From IMG/VR virus record IMGVR_UViG_3300049719_000183, positions 1 to 64,000 of that record: 64,000 nt of DNA. One strand, 5' to 3'. Each line of letters begins with the position of its first letter. Positions within the stretch are counted from its first letter, which is position 1. Shown one piece after another: positions 8,139 through 17,901 of this stretch. This DNA is from a virus. The notes beneath the pieces were generated by a model that worked only from the letters and a program-made list of their open reading frames with translations, was not told the origin of the DNA and made no database searches. The translations under genes and the position numbers were made by a program.

Positions 8139-9722
8139 TCAGTTCGAGTCGAGTTCGAGGACTGCGTCTGCGCCTGTCGTCTGTGAGGCGGGCGCATAGC
8201 CATCGAGAGCCAAGCTGCTGCCAACCGAGATTCCGTTGGACGGGTTCGGAGCGCCTGCCGTGCTTGTAGCCCCGTTGAAGGACCAAGCATAGGGTCCCGA
8301 GTACGGAGAGTTCCTAGCGGAAGCGGGATAAAACACCATGTTCACCACAGGGTTTGCCTGCGTGAAGCTGGAGCAGAAGAGAGCCGAGGAGTACCCGGCC
8401 CCGAGGTTTTGCGAGTACTGCGTGCCGTAGATGAGCGCACGGATCGCACTGTTGACGAAGAAGGCCGGTGTGGGTGAGGAACCTCCACCAGATGCTGTGA
8501 TGGTTCCCGTGATGACTATGGCCGAGGTGGTCGTGCAGACAACGGTGTAGGAGGCGTTAGCGTTCGAGACCGGCACCGTCCATGAAATCGAGGGAGGATA
8601 CGCCGTGTTTGTGCCAGTAGTCAGACTGGCTACGGCTGCGCCAGTAGAGCTGAAAACAGTGAAAGTGGATCCAATCGGCATCGAGCCCGAGGAGCTGCTT
8701 GCGGAGAACGTAACTGAGGGTGCCACAGAGCAGGTGGCAGTGTTAATGTAGAAGCCGTAGATGACATCACCCTGCAGTGTCGTATTGCTGACTCCCGTGA
8801 GAGTGCTGGGCTGGAGCACCGCCACGCCCGTGAACGAGGTCCAAGTCGCCTTATAGGCGTAGGGTGTGACCGTCAATGTGGCTGAGGCTGAGTTGACGTT
8901 TCCAGAGCCATTGGACACGTTGCAGAAGTAGGATGAGCCGTTGAGGGAATACGGCACATTGGTCAATGTCAGTGAGGCTCCACCATTGCTTGTACCGCTG
9001 TTGATCGCGACGTTGTTTTGGTACCACTGGTAACTCAGGGGAGCTGTGCCGGAAGCCAACACGCTGAATGTGACCGAATTTCCAGTAGAGATAGTCTGGT
9101 TGGAGGGATTCGAGGTGACGACGGGAGTTCCCGTGACGACCAGTACAGCGGGCAGTGAGGCGGTTGACCCGCCGGATCCCGTCACAACCACGGTGTAGGT
9201 GCCCGCATTGGCCGATGCCGCGCTGGCAATGTTGTAGCTCGATGCGGTGGCACCTCCGATGTTCACACCATTCAAGAGCCACTGGTAGGTCAGCACTCCT
9301 GCGCCCGTGGCTGCCACCGTGAAGGTGTAGCTGTTGGTGGGATTGACGGTCGCTCCCACGGGCTGCGTTGTGATCTGAGGGGCTGCAACTGGCGTAGGCG
9401 TGTAGGCAACGGGGCCGATGATCACCCAGGTGCTGCCGTTCCAACAGCTCAACTGTTGCGTCGTGCTATTCCAGTACAGGTAGGGGTAGGATGGGCTGGT
9501 CGGGTAGCCCGTCGAAGTGCCTGCGGCGAAGGGGAAGACAACGCTTCCCACTGTCAACCAGGTGGAACTGTTCCAGACGACGACGATGTTGAGCGACGTG
9601 TCTGAGTAGACGAACCCATCAATGGGGTTCGAGGGTCGTTGCGCAGTCGGGCCTACACCGAACGCAATGTTGGTAGCGCCCGGACTCTGTGTCTGTAGGA
9701 ACGAACTCTGGGGGTTGGGCAT
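8139..9722 (-). CDS. immunoglobulin-domain virion protein
   Basis: Two I-set-like repeats (PQITTQP..TFTVAATG..LTYQW..NAGTYTVVVT and PSNQT..LSYQWY..YFCNVSN); Ser/Thr-rich. Confidence 0.85.
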   Translation of the reverse strand: MPNPQSSFLQTQSPGATNIAFGVGPTAQRPSNPIDGFVYSDTSLNIVVVWNSSTWLTVGSVVFPFAAGTSTGYPTSPSYPYLYWNSTTQQLSCWNGSTWVIIGPVAYTPTPVAAPQITTQPVGATVNPTNSYTFTVAATGAGVLTYQWLLNGVNIGGATASSYNIASAASANAGTYTVVVTGSGGSTASLPAVLVVTGTPVVTSNPSNQTISTGNSVTFSVLASGTAPLSYQWYQNNVAINSGTSNGGASLTLTNVPYSLNGSSYFCNVSNGSGNVNSASATLTVTPYAYKATWTSFTGVAVLQPSTLTGVSNTTLQGDVIYGFYINTATCSVAPSVTFSASSSSGSMPIGSTFTVFSSTGAAVASLTTGTNTAYPPSISWTVPVSNANASYTVVCTTTSAIVITGTITASGGGSSPTPAFFVNSAIRALIYGTQYSQNLGAGYSSALFCSSFTQANPVVNMVFYPASARNSPYSGPYAWSFNGATSTAGAPNPSNGISVGSSLALDGYAPASQTTGADAVLELDSN

Positions 9723-10177
9723 TAGGGTACCGGAAGCTCATCCTCGCGCTCTAGGGCGTCTTCCCCTTGATCCGCCGCTTCCTCGTTGCCCCCAAGGTCA
9801 TACCTCTGGTGGAGGTTCTCGCCATCGCCCCCGCGTGTTTCCGTGTCTGCAGAAGGTTCTGCAGGGGCCTCATCGGGGATCACTTCCTCTTCCTCGCCAG
9901 GTCCCGGCTGCTCACCCGGCCCCTCGCCATCGAGACCATCACCGCCCTGTTCCACGGAAGCAATCGTGGGGCCGCCCTCGCCGCCACCCTCTCCACCCTC
10001 AGGCTCATCGGCCCCTGGCGGTGGGATTCGCTTGAAATACCACTCCAAATTGGCGGCTATCTCGTCCACCATGGCTCCGCTGCCGCGGCATGCGAGGTCA
10101 TAGATGGCTTTCAGCTCTCCAAAGGACAGCTCGACGGTGTAGTTGTTGAACGTCTCTGACTTCTTTTTGACAATCAC
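9722..10177 (-). CDS. highly acidic hypothetical protein
   Basis: E/G-rich tail; TAGTTA and GGAG upstream. Confidence 0.6.
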   Translation of the reverse strand: MIVKKKSETFNNYTVELSFGELKAIYDLACRGSGAMVDEIAANLEWYFKRIPPPGADEPEGGEGGGEGGPTIASVEQGGDGLDGEGPGEQPGPGEEEEVIPDEAPAEPSADTETRGGDGENLHQRYDLGGNEEAADQGEDALEREDELPVP

Positions 10178-10221
10178 GGTGGGGAAGTTGTTCTCCTAAC
10201 TACCCTAGGTTCTCAACATAG

Positions 10222-11355
10222 GTGCACCTCATCACATTCGCTCAATCGGTAAGTTTCCGCTACGTCAAATCAGCGGGCACTTACATGTTTACGGCCATGC
10301 CGAGGGTGCCCTACGTTTTCTCCTTCTCCCAGTTCGAGGCCATCAACAACACGGAGAAGATCAGGGACCTGCTGGTATCTGACAGCCTATTCTGGCCCCG
10401 TCTGCCCGCCTTCACGGTGCGCCCCACAGGTGGCCGGGGTGAGACAGTGCTGTTTTTCACGGGCGCAGGCGGGTATGGGGACCAGATCATGGCGTGGCCT
10501 GTGGCCAAGTTTCTGCATGACATGGGCTATCGTGTTCACGTCCTGTGTGACCCGGGCAATGACCACTTATGGGGATGGTTCCCCTGGGTGGCAGGTGTGA
10601 AAGTGATGCCCCTGTCACTTGCCGAAATGGAGGAGTTCGATCATCTGGCCCTCTATGCCTATGTCACAAATGTGGACGAACATGAGGGGCAGCCACACCC
10701 CACGGACCACCTGTTCCGAATGGTGGGCATTGATCCATCCACCATCCCACCAGAGAAAAAAAGGGTGCCTCCACCGTTGAGTTTTGGACAGCTGAGTGTG
10801 CGTGCCGGTGCACCCGAGAACCTGGGCCTCATCCAGCTGAGCGGCTCTAATTTTGTCCGCAGGCCCATGCCAGACAGATTGGCAAGGATGCTCACGAAAC
10901 TCATCACCGAGGTGCCGATGAACTGGCTGGGATTGCACGATGTGGACGATGAGCACATGGCTGCGGCGAGGAAAGTGGCCGAGGAACATCCCAAGCTATT
11001 GCAGGTACGGTTGAACGTTTCCTTTGATGAGTTCGTAGGCCTCACCGCTGCCGCCAAGATAACGGTAGGTCCTGACAGCTTCCTGACACACTTGCGGGGC
11101 TCCATGGGGCTGCCAGGTGTGAGCGTCTTTGGCACTCACCATCCAGGTATTCGCACCCGCTACTACCCCGAAATGGTGTCAGTGTGGGAGCGACAAGTGT
11201 GCCCAAGTTCTCCCTGTCTCGTTTTTCGCCGAGCTTTTCCAAGATACTTGTGCCCTCCCTCAGCTGGACCACGACAGGAGTGTGCCGTGGTGGCTGCTGG
11301 GTACGATGTTGTTACAGATACAGTTAAGAAGGTTCTTTCAGGGGTGAAAGGTTGA
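10222..11355 (+). CDS. glycosyltransferase family 9 (heptosyltransferase-like)
   Basis: GGYGDQIM, GPDSFLTHL..G.PGVSVFG and a C-terminal CPSSPC..C..C cluster. Confidence 0.85.
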   Translation: MHLITFAQSVSFRYVKSAGTYMFTAMPRVPYVFSFSQFEAINNTEKIRDLLVSDSLFWPRLPAFTVRPTGGRGETVLFFTGAGGYGDQIMAWPVAKFLHDMGYRVHVLCDPGNDHLWGWFPWVAGVKVMPLSLAEMEEFDHLALYAYVTNVDEHEGQPHPTDHLFRMVGIDPSTIPPEKKRVPPPLSFGQLSVRAGAPENLGLIQLSGSNFVRRPMPDRLARMLTKLITEVPMNWLGLHDVDDEHMAAARKVAEEHPKLLQVRLNVSFDEFVGLTAAAKITVGPDSFLTHLRGSMGLPGVSVFGTHHPGIRTRYYPEMVSVWERQVCPSSPCLVFRRAFPRYLCPPSAGPRQECAVVAAGYDVVTDTVKKVLSGVKG

Positions 11356-11361
11356 TTGTTG

Positions 11362-11389
11362 TTTACAACATGTGTAAATCCTGTATTGT
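11362..11389 (+). promoter_or_regulatory. sigma70-like promoter TTTACA-N16-TATTGT
   Basis: Same architecture at 7845, 37590, 48937, 50192 and 57733. Confidence 0.65.
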
Positions 11390-11398
11390 AGGTAAGGT

Positions 11399-12019
11399 AT
11401 GAATCTAACGCAGTATGCTCATGACCACCTGGTGAAGGGGGTTACGAGCCTGTCCAAAGGACCTGAGGACAAATGGCTGCCCCCTGCGTTCAGTTTCGTG
11501 AGCGGCGTTAACGACGGCTACATGACTGACTTGCTCATCTACAAGTTCACGTCGCTCGATAATAGGGACATGTCTCTGGTGCCCACACTATTGAGGCTGT
11601 TGGTTGTGAAAGCGTCCCTCTCACTCCACAAGGAGCAGGCACACGATGTCAGGGCTTGCTGTTTCTTCCCCTTCGCCTTTTCCCCGAAGGAGCAGGTGGT
11701 GGGCGCTGAGATACTGTTCACGCCTGAGAGCGTTCGCTACCGCCACTACACCCTGAGCCAAAAACCCGAGGGGATCAATCTGACTATCAGCCTCAAAGAT
11801 CAGGCCCTCGGGGACAGTCCAGAAGCTCTCCAAACGGTTATCAATCGCATGAACCCGTTCATGTTCCTGAAGCTGAGTGATGAGGGGATGATGGCCGCTT
11901 TCAGCCCTGTCCTTTTGCCCGATGGACCCTATCTGACGGGAGCGTCTGGTAACGTCGATGATGACATCTACAAGATCGCCGGGGGTATCGGCCATAGTGT
12001 GGTGGAGGTCACCCCATGA
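11399..12019 (+). CDS. hypothetical protein
   Basis: 206-aa ORF downstream of the promoter with an AAGGT RBS. Confidence 0.6.
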   Translation: MNLTQYAHDHLVKGVTSLSKGPEDKWLPPAFSFVSGVNDGYMTDLLIYKFTSLDNRDMSLVPTLLRLLVVKASLSLHKEQAHDVRACCFFPFAFSPKEQVVGAEILFTPESVRYRHYTLSQKPEGINLTISLKDQALGDSPEALQTVINRMNPFMFLKLSDEGMMAAFSPVLLPDGPYLTGASGNVDDDIYKIAGGIGHSVVEVTP

Positions 12020-12297
12020 GCAGAAAAGAAGCAGCCGCATTAGCCGCAATCAGGAGATCAGAGTTAAGGATCAAGTGGATAGAGATCATCAAGTCGGAGA
12101 TGGCCTCAGGTGAGTCCTCCAAAGATGCTCTTGTGGCAGCAGCCCGTGACATGCTCGATCTCCAGAAAAAGAACCCCTCAGGGGCATCCGAAGTTGGTCG
12201 TGCATGGACCGAATTTCGCATACAGATAAAGAGTTCCGTGGCACGAGGTCCTTCCGAGATGGGCACCAATTCTGACTTGGGGTCAGCGGTATCGTGA
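12016..12297 (+). CDS. hypothetical protein
   Basis: ATGA-coupled 93-aa ORF. Confidence 0.55.
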   Translation: MSRKEAAALAAIRRSELRIKWIEIIKSEMASGESSKDALVAAARDMLDLQKKNPSGASEVGRAWTEFRIQIKSSVARGPSEMGTNSDLGSAVS

Positions 12298-12309
12298 TTC
12301 TCAGGGGGT

Positions 12310-15162
12310 GTGATCACCCTCAAGGAGACTGCCACCCGTCTGATAGCTGCAGGACCGAAGGCCGAGACAAGCCTCATCATAGATCACTTTCGTTTTCAGC
12401 CTCCCGATTACTGGAGGAGCCCTCGTTATCAACTTTACAGGGAGACTGGCGGCGAACGGGGCTGGAACGGCTACGTCTACCCGGCGCAGCGCCAGAAGGA
12501 TGGTTCAGTGGTTCTCGGTCGCGGTCACAAGGACGAACTTCTGAGTTTGCTGGAGGTGGAGGGCGTTCAAGTTGATGGCGAGCGCCTCCTGGAGAGTCCA
12601 TTTCAGTCACTCACTCCAGATGACATTCCAGACGATCTCCTGCCCGGGTTCGAGCACGAGCTAACGCATGATCAGAGGGCCTGTGTCCTGACGTTGCTGA
12701 GGTACAGCTTCGGATGTGTGCGTGTGTCAGTGTCTGGAGGCAAGACGGCCATCTTTTTCGCACTGGCAGCCATGATCAAGAGCCGACACCCGAAGGCCCG
12801 TTGCCTGTATCTGGTGCCCACGGAGCGCCTGGTGAAGCAGGTGACCAAGGAGGGCCGGAAGTTTCTCCCCGACTGGCACATCACCCAATTCGGTGGTGAT
12901 GAGAAGGACAGCACGGGTGCCGATGTGGTGGTTGCCACGGTGGCGACACTCAACAAGCGCTACAAGTACCTGCTCCTCGACAACTGGTTCAAGACGTTCA
13001 TGGTGCTGCTGGTGGATGAATGTTTTCCCTGCAACACTCAGGTAAATGGACGGTGCATTTCTGACATTTTACCCGGCGATAGGGTTCCCTCCTGCAACCA
13101 CCAGACAGGTTGCATTGAATTACGCAAAGTAACGCGCATTTTTAGGTCAAAACCCTCTGCAATGTGTCGTCTTACACTATCAAATGGTAAAACCCTACTC
13201 TGCACCCCGGGACATCCCCTGTGGACGGGAACCAGGTACACACCAGCTATACTATGTTTAGGAGAGAAGATGGTGTACTTAATAAATGATAAAGAAGATA
13301 ATAGAGGGTCACTCGGAGTGTGTAGTTTGCCACGCTATGGCAGAGGTGAGATACGACAAGAAACCCTATTATCGGAGCCCCCAAGCAGTGTACGGGGGTC
13401 AGTTTGTGTGCTCCGGCGCCTGCAAACAGAAACGACGCAGAAATCTTGTGCGGAAGGCCCGGAACACATCCAGCTATGTGATAAAAAAATTGGTTGTTAT
13501 CTGCAACAACTGTGGGAAGCCTGTAAATTGTCGTGGAGGACGGTCAAAACTTCCCTACTATCAACGGTTGGGGGCTGCTCGGAAGGGGCGTGCCTATTGT
13601 TCAGAAGAATGCAAGAAAGCTTGGTCCACCTCCCGTTGGTCTTCTACTATGAGACGAACAAATATACGGGATCGTGCCATTATTTCGGCTCGAATGAAGA
13701 CAAACAACCCCTCCTCAGACCCAGAAATCTCAGCCAGAATAGGGCAAAAATTGAAGGGGCGTGCAATGGCTCTTCGTGCTGGAAATGGCTGGGGGTTCAC
13801 AAAGTGGCAACTTATTTTGAACGAAGCTCTAAAGTTGGAGAACTTATCCACAGAATTGGAGTTTCCGGTCCCATTCCATCACCACATACCTGCGGAGGGC
13901 GAGCCTCCTCCCCCAAAATGCCACATGATAGACATTGCGCTACCTCTGTTAAAGATAGCGATAGAGGTGGACGGGAACAGCCACAGAACCCTTCAACAGA
14001 AGACGAGGGACTCTTGGAAGACTCGACGTTTGAAAGAATTAGGGTGGATCGTGTTGAGATTTTGGAACAGTCAGGTGGAGCGACACACATCGCTGTGTGT
14101 CCAGACGGTTTTGTCTACAATATCGAAGTTGAGGGAAACCACAATTACTTCGCCAACGGCGTCCTAGTTCATAATTGCCACCACCTGTCATCGGGCAAGA
14201 CGTGGCAGACCATCGTTACCAGCGTACCTGCCTTTTATAGATTTGGGGCCAGTGACGGGTTGAAGAACGAGCGCAAGGACGATCTTCAATTGGGCATCAC
14301 CCTGCGTGGCTTCCTGGGTCCTGAGCGACATGAAGTGAGTCTGCTGCCACTCATCAACAACTCGCTTGTGGCGAAGCCCTACATCTATCTCGTGGATGTG
14401 CCCGAATGGAACAAGCGATTTGACGACTTACCTCACACAGCCGAGGCAGGATCCATCGCCTGGGCTGTCATCGACGGAGATTGGAAGCAGGGAACGTACA
14501 TTTGCCCTGCCTCTGACGAGGATGAGGATGGTGATGACATCCGTCGTCTAGGCTGGCAGCGTGTCATGATCGATGGCGAGGAGGTGGAGGTGGAGAGTCG
14601 TTGGTGCCTCCTCAGAAGGGCCTATGATGAAGGCATAGTTCGCTTCAAGGAGCGCAACACTTTCGTCGTGAATTGGGCGAAACACTTCTCGGACCAGGGC
14701 AAGCCCACGCTCGTGGTGGCTACCAGGACGGCTCACGTCTACATCCTGCAGACGATGATGGAGGCGGCAGGGCTGCAGCCGAAAGTGCTGACAGGCATGT
14801 CCACCTCGAAGGAGCGGGATGAGACGTTCGAGTGGCTGGTCAACACAACCGGCTCCATACTCATCAGTCCCATCGTGAAAGAAGGCGTGTCACTGCCCGA
14901 GCTGCGGGCGGGCATTGTGGCTGATCCTGTGGCCTCACCAGATCTGGCCCGTCAGATCATAGGCCGCTTCATCCGCACGAAGAAGACAGGATCCAACGAG
15001 GCCGAAGTGGTGATGTTCATCGACCGCCAGTACAAGTCGGCCAGGTATAACAGCATGGCCCTGATCAAGCAGTTGGAGAAAATACGGGGCTATAGCTTCT
15101 ACTACCCCTGCCAGGGTCCTGACAAAATCGGCCCACTTTTCGAGGCCGTGTCGATGTTCTAG
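12310..15162 (+). CDS. UvsW-like SF2 DNA helicase precursor containing an intein
   Basis: SVSGGKT, YLVPTERLVKQ, spliced LVDECHH, EGVSLP and QIIGRFIR motifs. Confidence 0.88.
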   Translation: MITLKETATRLIAAGPKAETSLIIDHFRFQPPDYWRSPRYQLYRETGGERGWNGYVYPAQRQKDGSVVLGRGHKDELLSLLEVEGVQVDGERLLESPFQSLTPDDIPDDLLPGFEHELTHDQRACVLTLLRYSFGCVRVSVSGGKTAIFFALAAMIKSRHPKARCLYLVPTERLVKQVTKEGRKFLPDWHITQFGGDEKDSTGADVVVATVATLNKRYKYLLLDNWFKTFMVLLVDECFPCNTQVNGRCISDILPGDRVPSCNHQTGCIELRKVTRIFRSKPSAMCRLTLSNGKTLLCTPGHPLWTGTRYTPAILCLGEKMVYLINDKEDNRGSLGVCSLPRYGRGEIRQETLLSEPPSSVRGSVCVLRRLQTETTQKSCAEGPEHIQLCDKKIGCYLQQLWEACKLSWRTVKTSLLSTVGGCSEGACLLFRRMQESLVHLPLVFYYETNKYTGSCHYFGSNEDKQPLLRPRNLSQNRAKIEGACNGSSCWKWLGVHKVATYFERSSKVGELIHRIGVSGPIPSPHTCGGRASSPKMPHDRHCATSVKDSDRGGREQPQNPSTEDEGLLEDSTFERIRVDRVEILEQSGGATHIAVCPDGFVYNIEVEGNHNYFANGVLVHNCHHLSSGKTWQTIVTSVPAFYRFGASDGLKNERKDDLQLGITLRGFLGPERHEVSLLPLINNSLVAKPYIYLVDVPEWNKRFDDLPHTAEAGSIAWAVIDGDWKQGTYICPASDEDEDGDDIRRLGWQRVMIDGEEVEVESRWCLLRRAYDEGIVRFKERNTFVVNWAKHFSDQGKPTLVVATRTAHVYILQTMMEAAGLQPKVLTGMSTSKERDETFEWLVNTTGSILISPIVKEGVSLPELRAGIVADPVASPDLARQIIGRFIRTKKTGSNEAEVVMFIDRQYKSARYNSMALIKQLEKIRGYSFYYPCQGPDKIGPLFEAVSMF
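13286..14167 (+). CDS. nested +1-frame endonuclease inside the intein (Zn-finger repeats, NUMOD3-like segment, DUF559/Vsr-like nuclease)
   Basis: CVVC..CSGAC and CNNC..CSEEC; RMKTNNPSSDPEISARI; MIDIA..KIAIEVDGNSH..LKELGWIVLRFWN. TATACT at 13248 and an AT-rich leader upstream. Confidence 0.85.
   Translation: MIKKIIEGHSECVVCHAMAEVRYDKKPYYRSPQAVYGGQFVCSGACKQKRRRNLVRKARNTSSYVIKKLVVICNNCGKPVNCRGGRSKLPYYQRLGAARKGRAYCSEECKKAWSTSRWSSTMRRTNIRDRAIISARMKTNNPSSDPEISARIGQKLKGRAMALRAGNGWGFTKWQLILNEALKLENLSTELEFPVPFHHHIPAEGEPPPPKCHMIDIALPLLKIAIEVDGNSHRTLQQKTRDSWKTRRLKELGWIVLRFWNSQVERHTSLCVQTVLSTISKLRETTITSPTAS
13956..14171 (+). repeat. copy 2 of the shared intein 3' tract
   Basis: See 3374..3589. Confidence 0.95.
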
Positions 15163-15250
15163 TTAGACTGCGCCACACCCATAGGACAATAGGGATAGCC
15201 CCATGAGCACCCGTCCACACGTCAGTAGCGAACCGGCGCACCTAGTAACG

Positions 15251-15320
15251 GCCCGGCAGGAGGCGGGACTGGTGGACAGCCACATCAGCTCGAAAGTCAC
15301 AATCCTCCTGCCGGGTTTCT
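15251..15320 (+). other. long-loop hairpin (possible leader RNA or attenuator)
   Basis: CCCGGCAGGAGG (15252-63) pairs with CCTCCTGCCGGG (15304-15), followed by TTTCTT. Confidence 0.5.
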
Positions 15321-15359
15321 TGCTGTTCTGGGAGTGGCAATGCCAAAACGTAAGACACT

Positions 15360-16184
<825 letters not shown>

Positions 16185-16228
16185 TGTTTACACCGTCCGA
16201 AACAGGCTTTTCCTAGTTCTCTGACGCC

Positions 16229-17050
16229 ATGAGACCCGACATGCCTCGCATCGTGCATCAGACGTACTCCAAGAAGTACGCGAGCAGCAAGGAGAACCCC
16301 CTGCGGAAGATCCACGACATTGAGGAGATGCCTGCCAAGGAGAGCATGGGCCTCAAGTTCCGCAAGGACAAGAAGCAGAAAGGCCTAAAGACCAGCCCGT
16401 TCTACCGCTGGCTGCACAAGCAGGTGGGCCGACCGTGGGACAAGGTGTGGCACGAGGTGTGTGCTGTTGAGGCTGTTGAGCACAAGAAGATTCCATCCGT
16501 CGATTCACACTGGCACTTTGGTGAGGGCCTGCGTGACATGGTCGATTGGTGGGTGGAACGCCACGTCCTGAGGATGGAGGGCAACGTCCCCTACGACTAT
16601 CGGTTCGGCAGGTATGGCCCCATCATCAGCAAGCTCTATGTTCATCCGGTGAGCGGCCTGCTTTGTGAGTACATCCCCGACAAGATTCAGCCGAAGGTGG
16701 AACCCCTTACATTCAAGGTGATCACGGAGAGCATCCTCAAACCCGTGCCCCTGGAGGAGAAGCACAAGTCCGAAGACAACAAGGTTACCATCCAGCGTGG
16801 AGTGGTGAAAATTAGTGAGAAGGCCGTGTACGCCAACCCTGTGGACCGGGTGGCCTATCGCATCGCCCTGCGCAAGATCAAGGGCCTCTGGTACGAGACC
16901 GATGAGTACGAGGTGATTCCCTCGCAATGGCTGAGGAGAGACCACAAGGGCAATACCTACCATGTGCCTTTCTGGGCCAAGAACGCTGCCGTCATCCTCA
17001 AAAAGAGGCAACTCAACACAAAGGAACTGAAGAAGTTCGGATTCAAATGA
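16229..17050 (+). CDS. conserved-type hypothetical protein
   Basis: WLHKQVGRPWDKVWHEVC and LYVHPVSGLL motifs; GTTCT-N8-ATG. Confidence 0.7.
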   Translation: MRPDMPRIVHQTYSKKYASSKENPLRKIHDIEEMPAKESMGLKFRKDKKQKGLKTSPFYRWLHKQVGRPWDKVWHEVCAVEAVEHKKIPSVDSHWHFGEGLRDMVDWWVERHVLRMEGNVPYDYRFGRYGPIISKLYVHPVSGLLCEYIPDKIQPKVEPLTFKVITESILKPVPLEEKHKSEDNKVTIQRGVVKISEKAVYANPVDRVAYRIALRKIKGLWYETDEYEVIPSQWLRRDHKGNTYHVPFWAKNAAVILKKRQLNTKELKKFGFK

Positions 17051-17259
17051 ACCTCGACAGAGAAAAGAGCCCCCACCAGGGAGAGCACAGCAAGAAAAAG
17101 GGCTGTTGCTGCGGAGGCCACAACGCCTCCAACGCCAAGAAGTCACTCACCCACCACTCCACTCGCAGCCGCTTGCAGGTTCGACGCGAGAGGAAGTTTG
17201 TGAGTGAGCCTCCCTCAGAGTATGACCAGTATGTTCACGCTTGGGAAACCCGTAGCTAA
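17047..17259 (+). CDS. small basic hypothetical protein
   Basis: ATGA-coupled start. Confidence 0.5.
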   Translation: MNLDREKSPHQGEHSKKKGCCCGGHNASNAKKSLTHHSTRSRLQVRRERKFVSEPPSEYDQYVHAWETRS

Positions 17260-17261
17260 GT

Positions 17262-17480
17262 GTGCGAGATGACATCACAAAGATACCGGGTACGACCCTT
17301 GGACGCAAGTACGCCCGCATGAAGGGTGGTGGAGGCAAGAAGCAGGCTGACCTGTTTGGATCGCTGCAGGCTGACACTGTGGGCAAGACTCTGAACTCAC
17401 CTATGCGGTCGGACAACGTGGGCGAGTACACGGACGGCAAGAAACTTCCCGAGTCAATTCGCCGCATTCTTGGCAGATAA
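17262..17480 (+). CDS. small hypothetical protein containing QADLF
   Basis: In operon context. Confidence 0.5.
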   Translation: MRDDITKIPGTTLGRKYARMKGGGGKKQADLFGSLQADTVGKTLNSPMRSDNVGEYTDGKKLPESIRRILGR

Positions 17481-17901
17481 CATGGTCAAGGCCTACCTGC
17501 GCAGACCCACCCGTCGTCAGAGACGTGTGGCTGAGAAATCGAAGGTGGCTGAGAGTCGCCGGAAGTACATGAATCAGTTGATTCCAAAGGTGGGTCCTGA
17601 GGACACGGTGGACTGGAAGGAGTACGAATATGGTGTGCTACACGGGCTATGGAGTCAGCCTGATGAACGCTCTCGCTACTGGCCTCTGGTGAACAGCCTT
17701 GCACGGAGGCAGGGGACCCACTTCAGGACCCTACGTCCAGAGACACGGAAGTACATGGCGGTTGTCCAGCGTTTGCTCAACGAAGGGCTGGTATATCGCT
17801 CCTGCAGGCCCATGAACGAACTGGTGCTCACCTTGCAAGGCAGCGAGCGCCTGCGAGAACTGGCAGGCATCCGACCTAAGGCTAGTTCGTCAGACCGTTG
17901 A
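17470..17901 (+). CDS. hypothetical protein (winged-helix-like C-terminus)
   Basis: VQRLLNEGLV..LVLTLQGSERL. Confidence 0.55.
   Translation: MADNMVKAYLRRPTRRQRRVAEKSKVAESRRKYMNQLIPKVGPEDTVDWKEYEYGVLHGLWSQPDERSRYWPLVNSLARRQGTHFRTLRPETRKYMAVVQRLLNEGLVYRSCRPMNELVLTLQGSERLRELAGIRPKASSSDR

Larger units (their letters stand above)
13021..14175 (+). mobile_element. intein (385 aa) inserted in helicase Walker B (DE|C...HN|CH)
   Basis: CFPCNTQVNG, CTPGHPLW and VYNIEVEGNHNYFANGVLVHN|C; low GC. Confidence 0.95.
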
